Below, piece by piece: positions 39,571-51,654 of a DNA stretch of 64,000 nucleotides. Source of the stretch: Hemiscyllium ocellatum. Lineage: Eukaryota. How positions within the stretch are numbered: position 1 is the first letter of the stretch; the number at the start of each line of letters is the position of its first letter. The notes under the pieces were generated by a model, which made no database searches, was not told where the DNA came from, and worked only from the letters and a program-made list of their open reading frames with translations. The stretch is from the NCBI RefSeq assembly GCF_020745735.1, contig NC_083408.1:38532484-38596483 (forward strand), read 5' to 3'. Made by a program: the position numbers and the translations under genes.

Positions 39571-40893
39571 CACAAGTGCAAAGTGTTAATCTGGGATCTC
39601 AAGCCATGCCCACGTATATAATGAAGAAGAGAGGATGAAAGAGAGATCAGTCTTCTGTAGGCAGTGGTGGAGAAAATAGCTAGGGAGGGGAAATGAAGGC
39701 AGATTAGGGAAAAGAAAGCAAATTCAACAAGTAGAATATTATTTGCACTGCTTATTTTTGCATACATAGAACAATTAATAAACTGTCAACAATGAACTTG
39801 CGGAAATTTCACAACAAATCCATTGATTCTCGAATAAACGTGTATTAGATCCCTTTGATTTTAAAAGCAGTTTATTTTCTGAATGAATTGACCATAAAAA
39901 TATCTTCCAAAAGTAATATATTTACTTTAGCAACTCCTCCCCCCTTAAAAATCAATTGATAATTGATACCATTAAATCCCTTTGCCTCCCAGAAGCTCAT
40001 AATTGCATTTCTCTGAAAGGTAGAATATTTATGCTTAGCTCTTAACATGAAGTAAATAATGTATAAATATGCCCCAAACTAAGAAACCAGTAACTAAATT
40101 GATCCACCATTTTATTTTGTCATAGCTCTCCTAGAATTGGGGATTTTAAGATTTTGAAACAGGATTTTCATTTTAATTTCCCACTAGTGCCCTATTGTAT
40201 TGATAGATAAATATTAAATGAGTTTCTGTGATGTGTTGAGTAGAGAAAAATACTTAGTCTAAAATGAGGGTACATTTGTAGGTAATTCAGTTCAAGTTTG
40301 CATTATTTCACTGATCTCACACACTCCCATGGGTCCAATCCTACTAGAGAACTAGGAGTAGGTTTCCTAGCCAAACTCAAGTGTTGGGTTGAATTTTACA
40401 GATTCGTGTGATCCAAACATTTGGTTTAGATCACCAAACCAAATCACGTTTCTCCAACTGTTTAATTTCGAACACACTATGCATACTATTAAATTATTCA
40501 ATTACACGTCGCAGTGTCCAAGTCATACCATAAGGTGGCATCTAGTGAATGGTGGTTCCTACTGATATGCAGCAGATAAATGATTCACTGGGCAACTGTA
40601 AACACCGCTGCAGAGCATTTGGAGTCTCCAACCTTCCACTCAGGACTTGGGCACTAATTGTGCTCACCCCAACAGAACTGTATATCTGGCACTGAGCAAA
40701 TGAAGGCTTTGTGGTAGAGATTTTATTCATCTGGGTATCACAATCCTCTCATGAGGCAATTTGAAGTAGCTTTTCAATGAAATTTGCTGTGGATTACCAC
40801 TGAAAGTATCAAGCTGTATTGCTTCAACATAGGAGTTTACATAGTAGCTGTGCAGTAAATTATCATTTCCAGGAATCCAGTGTGAAGCTTGTT

Positions 40894-41850
40894 ATAGAGT
40901 CGTACGGCATGGAAACAAACCCTTCAGTCCGACTAATTCACACCAACTGTGTTCCCAAACTAAAGTAATCCCACCTGTCTGCATTTGGCCCTTATTCCTC
41001 CACACCCTTTCTACTCTAGTACTTTTCCAAACATCTTTTAAACACTGCACTTGCATCCACCACTTCTTTTGACAGTTCATTCCACACACTAACCACTTTC
41101 TGTGTAAAAAGTTGACTCTCATGACCTTTTTAAATCTTTCTCCTCCCACCTTAAAAATATGCCCCCAACCTAGGGAAAAGACCTTTGCTATTTACCTTAT
41201 CTATGCCCCACATGATTTTATAAACCTCTATAAAGTTATCTCTCAATCTCCTATGGACCAGTGAAAAATGTCCCAGTCTGTTTTTATAACTCAATTCTCG
41301 TCAACATCCTAGCAAACCTTTTCTGAACTCTCTCAAGTTTAATAATATCCTTCCTATAATAGGCAACCAGAACTAAACACAGTACTCCAGAACAGGCTAA
41401 CCATATCCTGTGTAACCTCAACTTGACACCCCAACTCCTATATTCTAAGGTCTAAATAATGAAGGCAAGAGTGCTAAACGACTGTTTAACTACCTAAACT
41501 ACCTATGACACAAATTTCAAAGAATTATCTATCTGAACCCCTAGGTCTCTCTGACCCAGGACCCTAACACTATTTGTACAAGTCCTGCCTTTGTTTATTT
41601 TATCAAAGTAGAGTTCCTCGCATTTCTCCAAATTAAAGTCCATTGCCACTCCCCAGCCCATTGACCCAATTGATTAAGATTTCTTTGTAATCTGAGATAA
41701 CTTTCTTCACTGCCCACTATACCACCAATTTTGGTGTCATCCGCAAACATACTAACCATGCCTCGTACATTCTATCCAAATATTTATATAAATGTCAAAC
41801 AAAAGCAGACCCAGCACCAATGCCTATGGAACTCGCCTGGTCACAAGTCT
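40894..41850 (-). mobile_element. CR1 LINE RT to 3' end
   Basis: Reverse FADDTKIGG coding at about 41725-41750 and a CR1 tail. Confidence 0.85.
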
Positions 41851-42399
41851 CTGGTATGTTAAGCTTAGAATGAGATATACTCATTTTCAACATACTTTAC
41901 ATTCCAACTTGTCAGATACTGTAGCAGTCTGTGTCCAAATGCAGCATGACCTGGGCAGTGTCTAGACAGTGTTAAGTCACCAGGCAATATTCACCAGCCT
42001 CTTGGTTGGTAACAACAAGTTAATTTATAAAAGATAATTTCTCTTATGGGTACCTTTCTCCAAGATCAAGGGAATATGATTTTAAAAGAAGCCGATTTAA
42101 CCAGCCTCTGAGTCAGTGAAAGAGTGAATGTATTTTTTCCTATCAGCAAGGATAAATAAAAGCACATCATAAGTGTACTCAGCTTTACAGTTTTGTCCAG
42201 TGATGATAAACCTTATTCCTGGAACTCTAGGATATTCGCTGTTTCAATGCCACTTGGAGCCAATATGCACTGTAAATTTGACAAAGCTTAATTCTTTGTA
42301 CACTGCCTCATAGTTGATCTCAGATTGCTGGAGTTCAGGGATGGCTGATAAGAACGTGGGGAAGTAGAAAATCAGTTCTCTTTCTGAGAAAAGTGGCTC

Positions 42400-43115
42400 T
42401 GAAATGTCAGCCTACTGAAGTTCAAACCAAGTTAACTAACATGGCAAACTCAGTCAAATAAATTACCTCACAAAAAGTTAAGTCATAAAATAAGAACCTA
42501 CGCTGTTGGAGGTAGTACATTAGCACAGATAAAGAATTAGCTAATGGGCAGGGAATAGCAAGTGAGGATAAAGGTTTCTTTTTCTGTCTGGGCGACTCGT
42601 GACCAGTGATGCTTGCAGGGATCAGTGCTGGGACCGCAACTGTTTACAATATATATTAATGACTTTCAGGAAGGAAGTGAATGTACTATACCCAAATTTT
42701 CAGACAACACTAAATTAGGCAAGTTGCAAGAGGAATGCAAATAATTTACAGAGAGATACTGGTAAGTGAAATAAATGAGCAAAATGTTGCCAAATGGAAT
42801 ATAATGTGGGAAAATGTAAAGTTGTGTATTTTGTAAGGGAGAAGAGAATATTATTTAAATTGGGAGAAACTGTAAAAAAAACTACCACACAAAGGGTCTT
42901 GGAAGAGACTTGTGCATGAATCCGGTGCAGCAGGTAATCAGGAAGCCTAATGGAATGTTAGCCCTTGTTTAAAGGGGTTTGGAAAATAAGAGTAGGGGAG
43001 CCTTACTCCAACAGTTTTGGCCCCCTTATTTCAAGATCAGCCATGATCCTAATGAATAACAGAGCAGATTCGAGGGGCCAAACAGTTTATTCCAGTTCCT
43101 ATTTCTTATGGTTTT
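42400..43115 (+). mobile_element. CR1 LINE RT fragment
   Basis: QGSVLGPQLFTIYIND coding at about 42617-42663. Confidence 0.8.
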
Positions 43116-43176
43116 ATAGTTTTATTGATTGGCACCATATCCTTAAATATTCTGACTTGCCACCATTGATGCTTAG

Positions 43177-43363
43177 GAGAAAGTGAGGACTGCAGATGCT
43201 GGAGATCAGAGCTGAAAAATGCATCCAAGGAGCAGGAGAAACGACATTTCGGGCATAAGCCCTTCTTCAGGAATTCCTGAAGAAGGGCTTATGCCCGAAA
43301 CGTCGATTCTCCTGCTCCTTGGATGCTGCCTGACCTGCTGCGCTTTTCCAGCAACACATTTTT
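43177..43363. mobile_element. Palindromic PLE-derived element with two opposed hammerhead motifs
   Basis: 53-bp arms with 2 mismatches centred on GAATTC (43271-43276); 16-bp TSD cacc(a/g)ttgatgcttag (43161-43176 / 43364-43379). Confidence 0.9.
43277..43304 (+). ncRNA. Minimal type I hammerhead ribozyme core (intact)
   Basis: CTGAAGA-a-GGGC-ttat-GCCC-GAAA-CG-TC; palindromic ACGT stem III; predicted cleavage after GUC at 43304. Confidence 0.7.
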
Positions 43364-43384
43364 CACCGTTGATGCTTAGTAGTA

Positions 43385-43700
43385 ATAATGTGTACTATTT
43401 ACAAGATGCACTGCAGAAATTCACCAAGACTCCTTAGACACACATTCAATCCCATGACCACTACCATCTGGAATGCCATAGACAGCAGATATGTGAGAAC
43501 ACCTGCAAGTTCCCTTCCAAGCCAATCACGATCTATATTGTCATTCCTCAAGTGTCCCTGGATCAAAATCCTGATATCCTAATGGCATTGTGGCTGTATC
43601 TTAAATCAAGAAGGTGGCTCATCAAGATCTTCTCAGGGCAATATTGATGGGCAATAAATGTTAATCCAGCCAGTGACACCCACTTCCTCTGAATGAACTT
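43385..43700 (+). mobile_element. 3' end of the tRNA-headed LINE family (another copy at about 44290-44942)
   Basis: cctgcaagttccc..caag and gggcaataaatg..agccagtgacacccac tail. Confidence 0.75.
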
Positions 43701-43719
43701 ATAGAAAAGCATTTCAAAA

Positions 43720-45440
43720 TAAGAATGAAAGTCTTGAAATCAAAGCATTGCTTAATTGGGAGTCAATTTAGTTCAGTTAACGTAGGGGAGATAGAAGAAG
43801 GGGACTTAATACGTGTTAACAGTTTAGGCAGCAGAGCTTTGGATAATATCAGGTTTACAGAAAGTAAAATGTAGGGTTTCAGCCAAGCATGCAATGTATA
43901 CTTAGTTAAGTCTAGTAGTAACAAAGGCATGAATAAAAATTTTAGCAACAGATGACGGGGCAATGTTATGGAAGTGGAAATAGGTAGTTTTAATAAAGAC
44001 GCAAGCATGTTTTTAGAGGCCCACTTACATTTAAATATGACACTATCTTTGCAAGTAGACACATTAAGCCTTAGGCTGCTGCCACAGAGAAAGGTGGATT
44101 GGCTAGCTATGGATTAGAGTTTGGTGCAACAACTCAAAACAATGGCTTCAGTCCTTCCAATGTTTAACTAGAATAACATGCTGCTCATCCAGTATTGCAT
44201 ATCAGATAAGTGGTCTAGCATCAATGGATGAGTTGAAGGTATGTTGGCCTCTAACAAGAGACACCCAACCATTGTCATTTTATGTTCTACAGCACTTCTA
44301 ACACTGAATCCTTCATTGTCAACATCTTAGGGATTACCATTGATCAGAAAATGAATTAGACTAACCAGAAAGTATTGTGGCCACAGAGCAGCTAGAGAGC
44401 TCAGAATTCTGCAGCAAGTAACTCATCTCTTGATTCCTCTAAACCTATCCTCCATGTACAAATCAGGGTGTGATGGAATACTCCCCACTTACTTGGATGA
44501 GTGCAGCTCCAACAAAACTTAAGAAGCTTAACACCATCCAGGACAAACCAATCTGCTTGATTTGGACCTCATCGATTATTTTTAACATACAACCCTCCCA
44601 ATACCGATGCTCAGTGGGATCAGTGTGCATCATCTACAAGTTGCACTGTAACTACTCATTAAGACGCCTTAGACAGAATCCAAATCTTCAACCTTTACCA
44701 CTAGAACTACAAGTGTTGCACATCCATAGGAAGATCACCACCTGCAAATTCCCCTCCAAGCTATTCACCATCCTGACTTGGAAATATATTCACGCTCCTT
44801 ACTGATGCTGATTCAAGATCCTAGAATGCACTGTCGGTATATACACATCACATGGACTGCCGTCCATCTCCACCTTCAAAGGGCAAATACATTTGGGTAA
44901 TAAATGTTGGCCCAGCCAGTGACACCCAAATCCTGTGACTTATTTAAAGAGGATGATAAGAATGGAACTGAGTGAGAGCAGTTCTATGCAGCTGAACAAC
45001 AGCAAAATGAAATTGAAGGAGGATGGTGTCAATTGTGTCACAGGCTTCAGATAGATCGAGAGAGATGACAGTGAAAATGTTATCTTTGCTACACCCTGAT
45101 GAAGGGCTCTGGCCCAAAACATCGAATTTCCTGTTCCTTGGATGCTGCCTGACCTGCTGTGCTTTAACCAGCAACACATTTTCAGCTCTGATCTCCAGCA
45201 TCTGCAGATCTCACTTTTTACACTCATTTAGGACCTACATTTGCGCTTTCGTTAACTTCAGTACTGTCACACAAGTGGAACCATGATCAGAAGGATTCAA
45301 ACCTGGAGCTCCTGGGGAGATGGAAATGGATTTGAGAGGCAAGAGCACATTCAATGAGTTGGCGGAGGAAAGGGACGTTAGACCACTGGTGGTAGTTTAC
45401 TCTGTGCCATTGTGAAGAGTTGTTCTTTTGAAGATGTCAA
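43720..45440 (-). mobile_element. Decayed L2 LINE with nested insertions
   Basis: SLDLSEACDTIDTILL (L2 RT motif) in ORF 44944..45201; L2 C-terminal-like peptide in ORF 43763..44062. Confidence 0.65.
45096..45218 (+). mobile_element. Short PLE tail element starting at the hammerhead core
   Basis: ctgatgaagggctctggcccaaaacatcg; flanked by tacac/tacac; interrupts the L2. Confidence 0.8.
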
Positions 45441-47040
45441 GGTCAGTTCAGTTTCTGATCAATGTTAACTCTCAGGATGTTGAACTTGAGGGATTTAACA
45501 AATGTAATGCTGTTAAATGTCAAGAGGCAAATGTTAGATTCTATTTTGTAGCAGACAATCATTGTGTGAGATGAATGTTATTTGCCACTTGTCAGCTAAA
45601 GCTTGGATAATGTGGTTATCATTGCTGCCTCACAGCACCAGAGACTTGGGTTCGATTCCAGCCTTGGGCGACTGTATGTGTGGTGTTTGCACATTCTCCC
45701 CACATCTGCGTGGGTTTCCTCCTCATGCTCCAGTTTCTTCCCAGTCCAGTGATGGGCAGATTAGGTGGATTGGCCATACTAAATTGCCGATAGTGTCTAG
45801 AGATGTGCACGCTAGATAGATTAGCCATGGTAAATGCAGATAGTCTGGGCGGCTAGGTCTGGGTGGAATGCATTTCGGAGGGTCAGTGTGGAGTCAATGG
45901 GCTGAATGGTTTCTTTCTACACTGTAAGGATTATATGATTGGCTAGCTCTTGCTGCATTTGGAACATGGACTGCTTCATTTTCTGAAGATTAATAAATAT
46001 GCTGAGCATGGTTTGCTGATAGTTGCGCATCACCACTTCTGACCTTATGATAGAAGAAGATCACTGATAAAGCAGCTGAAGATGGTTAAGCCTAGGACAC
46101 TATCCTGAGGATCAACTGCAGAGTGGTCTTGGAGTTGAGGTGACTGACCTCCAACAATTTCAATCATCTTCCTGTTTGCTAAATATGACTCCAACCAGTC
46201 AATAATTTTCTACTGGGATTTCCATCGACTAGTTTTGCTAAAGTTCTTTGATGCCACACTTGGTCAGATTTAGCCTTGGTATCAAGAGTAGTAATTCTCA
46301 CCTCACCCTTCAGTTCAGCTCTTCTGTCCATGCTTGAATCAAGAATGTTATTGCCAAGCAAGTGCTATCTTATAATACTATCGATGACTCCTTCCATCAC
46401 TGAGCTGATGATTGTCTGCAGACTTGTGAGGTGGTAATTGGCCAGATTGGCTATGGCCTGCTTTCTGTGTACAGAACACACAAGGATAATTTTCCACATA
46501 GTCAAGCAAATGCCAGTGTGGTAGCTATACTGGAACAGCAGAAAATTCTAGAGTGCAAGTCTTTTGTACAATTGCTGGTGTGTTGTCAGTGCCCATAGCC
46601 TTTGCAATACCCAATGCCTTCAGCTGTTTCTTGATTTCACATGGAGTGAATTGAATTGACTGAAGATAAGCATCTATAGTGCTTGGGACCTCTGGAGGAA
46701 AGCAGGATGAATCATCCACTTGATATTTCTGGCCGCAGATTGTTGCAAATAATTTAGTCTTACCTTTTGGACTGAATGTATTAGACTCCCCCATCATTGG
46801 CAATGGGGATATTTGTGGAGCCTTCTCCTCCAATGAGTTGTTTAAATGTTCACGATGATTCATGACTGGATGTGACAGGGCTGCAGCGCTGAGATCAGAT
46901 CTGTTGGTTGTGGATCATTCAATCCTGTTTATCACTTGCTGCTATGTTATTTGGCATGCAAGTAGTCTGTGTTGTATCTGTATCAAGTTGACACTTCATT
47001 TTTAGGTATGCCTGATGCTGCACCTGGTATGACTTCCTGC
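45440..47040 (-). mobile_element. Decayed copy of the tRNA-headed LINE family
   Basis: LQSIQFTPCEIKKQLKALGIAKAMGTDNTPA (ORF 46525..46863) is homologous to ORF 53097..53564. Confidence 0.8.
45610..45940 (+). mobile_element. HE1-type SINE
   Basis: gggttcgattcc B box and conserved body. Confidence 0.85.
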
Positions 47041-48596
47041 GTGCTTCATTATACACAGAGGCTGTTTAAGAGAACCATCTGTTCACAGTCCTGTGATTTT
47101 ACTGCAACCTTTTATACTCCATCTCCAGCCCACCCTATGTCCTCAATCTTACCCCTTATATCTTGACATTTACATCTCAGTACCCTATAATTGAATGTTC
47201 TCAATATTTAAAGACAAAGAGGCCATAAGTACTCCAAATCTCTGATGATTGACTAGCCAACTTGCTTATTCATAGAACCAAGAGGGTTAAACCTGCTGCA
47301 GTTGGTCGAATTGGCATTAGGTGACTTTATAAGTGAAATCCCTAACAGGTATGATAGTCCTGGCTTAACCTATAGAAGTGAGTTAAGTACTACTCAGATC
47401 CCAAAATCTCTTTATCTCCTACTTTGCTGTCATTTTTTTTGTTTTCTATCCAACATTCCCTTGGCTAAAATGACACGGCATGTTGGAATATAGATTTGAA
47501 ACCAGGAATTAACCTTTTGCACATGGGCCAATAATGGAGAAAGTCACCTTTGATTTTGTTGTCACCATTTAATATTTATACTTGCGCTTTGCAACAATAT
47601 AGATTGAGAACCTTCAGTATTTCTTTTTCCTCTGTAGCCCAGGAAAGCTGTAGCAATTTGTAGTGTCATTTTTGCCACTTCAATTGTAATCTGTAATCTC
47701 AGTACAGATTGGTGATCTGTTGCTTTTCTCTGAACGTCGATGTCCCTTTGGCAAGTTTTGCTGCTTCAACTGCTAGAGCATCCTTAATAAATTTTATATA
47801 ATCAAAACAAATTATTTTGACATATCAGCATTTGATTTTCTTGTTTAATGGAGACTTCTCTTTGACTAGTTATTTACAGAGAATGGCCAAAATTCAAGCA
47901 TTTTCTGGTTTATTATTGTTTTAAGCTCCCCCTGTTGTATTATTGCAGAACATTCCAGAAGTACAATTCCCTTTAAGTCTGTTAGATGACAGCGTAACAG
48001 TATAAAAATCTTGTCTCACCTTCAGCAGTCACAATGCAGCGGTATGCAGCCGTGTGTAGGTTTCCAGTCATGTAATATAGACAAAATGTCAGTAAACGTA
48101 GAACCCAGATTATGTGTAAATCTGAGATGTTGTAACAGTTATTATTGGTAATAAACTTCAGGACATCTGTTTCAACCAGAACTGACCTTTACGTTGTGTG
48201 TTTCATGAGAAATACTTGGCCCATATCATACTGGCGGTGATATTTGACTCAAGAAATCATGTCACCCCAGTACTTTGTTTTTGTCGAATGGTATCATTCT
48301 GTGTTTAAATAACTGACATCAGTCCTAAATTTCCTTTTTTATTCACTTTTCCATATGCATTGTTGACTTTGTTTTGTATCTGAATACTAAGCTTCTGTCA
48401 ACTCTTCAGTCTGGGGGATGCTGCATAATGTGTCATCTGGAGAATGGTGTCTCACAATTTAGACATTATATTGTAAGTTTAGAATTGTGTTTGTTTTCAC
48501 AATATGACATTTACATTTCATTTTGGTTTCAAATTATTTGTCAGGCTAGTTGCCAAAAATAGCATCAGCTGTATTAATGCAGTTGGCTGGACACTC

Positions 48597-48805
48597 CAGC
48601 CATTCTCAGCGGGTGCCATATGCCCCCCCCCCCCCCCCCCCCCAACCCTTAGGGGCCTTGGCACATTTGAAGCGGGCCACAGACTGAAAACTATGAAATG
48701 ATTTTCTGTCTATCTTTCGTGTTGTGACCCTGTTTGAAAGGGGGGCCCTAGAACCTGAGAAGGGCTCCTGGGGAGTGGTGGCTAAAAAATGATTGAGAAT
48801 CACTG
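48597..48805. mobile_element. hAT-Charlie-like MITE
   Basis: TIR-like ends cagccattctca / tgagaatcactg; TSD not clear. Confidence 0.6.
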
Positions 48806-51654
48806 TGGACTGACTTTAACAAATTTTCCATGCGACAGTTAACAGCTGGTTATCATTTTAAATATTGTAGAGAAGTCACTGCTGAAAAGTTATGTTGCTC
48901 CAAAAGAATTAGCAAAGACAGAAAGCCCAAAAGGGATGATTTGTTTCAGTTGTGGAACACTTATTAAGATTTAATTTATGAAAACCCCCCTCACACCATC
49001 TTTCAGATCTTTCAGTTGTAAGTTAGTTTTGGTAGCACAAATCCAGAAAAGCAAGGCATCAAATTGCTAACCATACAAAAGTTAATGAGAACAGTCTGCA
49101 ATTTAAGAGAAAGGTACAAAATGTTTCCAGAGGAAAAAGATGATTCAGACCTTATATTTTGATAAGCTGACATTTATGTCAATAGTTATCTCACTGGGGT
49201 ATATAATCAGGTAGTGAGCCATAGTTAAGAAAATCACTGTCTACAGTCAATAATAATACAACTACATGGTCCAGGAGGCATAACACTTAAGTTTAAAAGG
49301 GATGTTACCAGCAACTCCTCATTAGGGGATGACAAATAGCAGAAAACAAGCATACCTTAGAGTCAAGAATGCTCACTCTTGAGTGAAAAGGCACGTCATG
49401 ACCTCAAACATTTTCAAATGGCAGAGGGAGTTAAACAATGCAAACTTAATGATTGAGGAACACCCAGCTAAGTTACAGCTGGCTCAGGACAAAAGACAAC
49501 CATCAGAAAATTTCATAGGGTTTCCTAAATTCATGATAGAACCTAATAAAAAACAGAATCTACTGATGCAGGTTATGTTAGTAGAGGAAATTTGCTTCAT
49601 ACTGTTAACAAGATGGGAATCTATCTATACTGGATTGACAGAAATCTTTTACACTGCTATCAAAACTGAAGTGCACTCAGACTGTAAGAATCAGCAAGGT
49701 TTACAAAGGAAAAGAAGCCTTATGTTAGCCAATCAACAGCTTATTCTACTTCAGCTAATTGACAATTGATAATTCTACAAATTATATAACTCAGAGTGCA
49801 GCATAGCTTGATGAACAAATAGCTATGAAAGTTTCAAGTTTAATGGTAGGTGCTGAGGCGATTTGGAACAGGATGCTTCAAGCAGAATATTTGTCAGATA
49901 GAATCCTCAGTAACTGTGGCAAGCCAGAAGAAACCCTCAAGAATAGAACTGAGGAAGTGAATGTGTTGATGTCACCATTAATGCAATCGCTGACGCCCAA
50001 AGAAAGAGTCCAAACCAATCAATATTGATGTCAAAAGTTTAATTGATTCAGTAAAAACCTACAGATGAATTAAGAAAAAAATCTGCAGACATAGATTGAA
50101 GATCTGCTGTGCACATCTCCATGGAAACCACTCTGACAAGCAATAACCAATGTCCAATGATTTAAGTTCGTACAAGGAAGACATGTCTGATTTGGAGATT
50201 CAAAATAATACAAAGAAACTTTTTTTTCTCAAGGAAGACACATGATGATTTAAAGGTTTTGCAATTTAAAAGAACCTAGAAACCTTAAGAGTGTCAGAAA
50301 GAGAATCAAAGATGACAACCTTCTATCCAATAAACTACAAACCTTCCAAATCTGGAGGAAATTCTTTCATGGAGAATAGTAAAACCTGTGCAGTGTTTGA
50401 ATTTATAAAGTCATAGATTGAGTGGAGAAGGGTTAGTGGTAAATATAATTAAATACACAAGTTGACAATATTAACAATGAAAAAGAAGTGTTTAGAAGGT
50501 GTGTGCTATCCTGAAATGATTAAGACTGAGGTATATAATTAGAAACTCCTCCCATTATGATGCTATATGGACTTGTGGGCAGTAAGACCTAACATCTAGT
50601 CACATCAATTAACCTGAAAATAATTGCTCACAAGTAAATAAACTTTACCTTCATAACTACAAAAGACTATTCCAGATACACTATAAAGTGATTTCCCTGT
50701 ACCATGTTAGGCCAAGCAGGCCTGTAGTTTCTATTCCTTAAAGAGGATGGTGCAAAGTAATCTTCAACAAGAGCAGTACCTCATACAACATAATGAGCAA
50801 GCATGCCCATACATTTGGTTTATGCCCATTCTCCCTCACACGACAAGTCCTCAGTCTCCAGTGTACTGTCAGAAAGAAGGGATGTCAGCAAAAAAAAAAG
50901 CATAATGCACAAGGAAGTGTAAACAGTGGATGAGATACCACAAACACACATGGATAAGAATTCATTGATTTCCTACAGCCACCTAAAAAGAAACAAAGTC
51001 CACACCAAGAAAAATTAAGAAACCGATATAGCTTTAAGGTGTTACTTAAACTAAGAAATCTCATATTTGTTAAATAAATAAAGTTAAGTCTTGAAGCAAA
51101 CTTATTTATTCAAACATATTCCAGTAAATGGCATTGTGATTTGCTACTGATGATAACTAAAGATATTTGCTGTCAATAATGTGTGAAGTTAATGGGCACT
51201 CTGCTTTCTGCTTCCCATTTGGACATCTTACCATACTAATAAGTTGTTCTTGTGTTAAGATTAGGTGTATACCCTTCTAAGTGAATATTAATTAAGCCTA
51301 AGTAAATATAATTAGTTACAAGACATATCAAAATGATACATCATTTTGTTTTTAAGCCTAGTTTGCCACTTCACGGGATCATGGAATAACTCTATATATG
51401 CTTGCCTTTACTGCATAGTAACTTTGGACAACAAAATTCTATCAAACATGATATAAGTTTCAATTGCCATAGTTTCTCGATACCTATTGTACCTGTGTTG
51501 ATGTTTAAGATATAAAATATCTTAAATATCAATCAGATCATTCCTCAGCCATCTGAAAGCCAAGGAATGCAACACCAGCTTGTATAATCTCACTTTATCA
51601 TTTAATCTTTGTAATCTCGGCTTCATTCTGGTAAATGTCAGAAAGGAAGCAATG

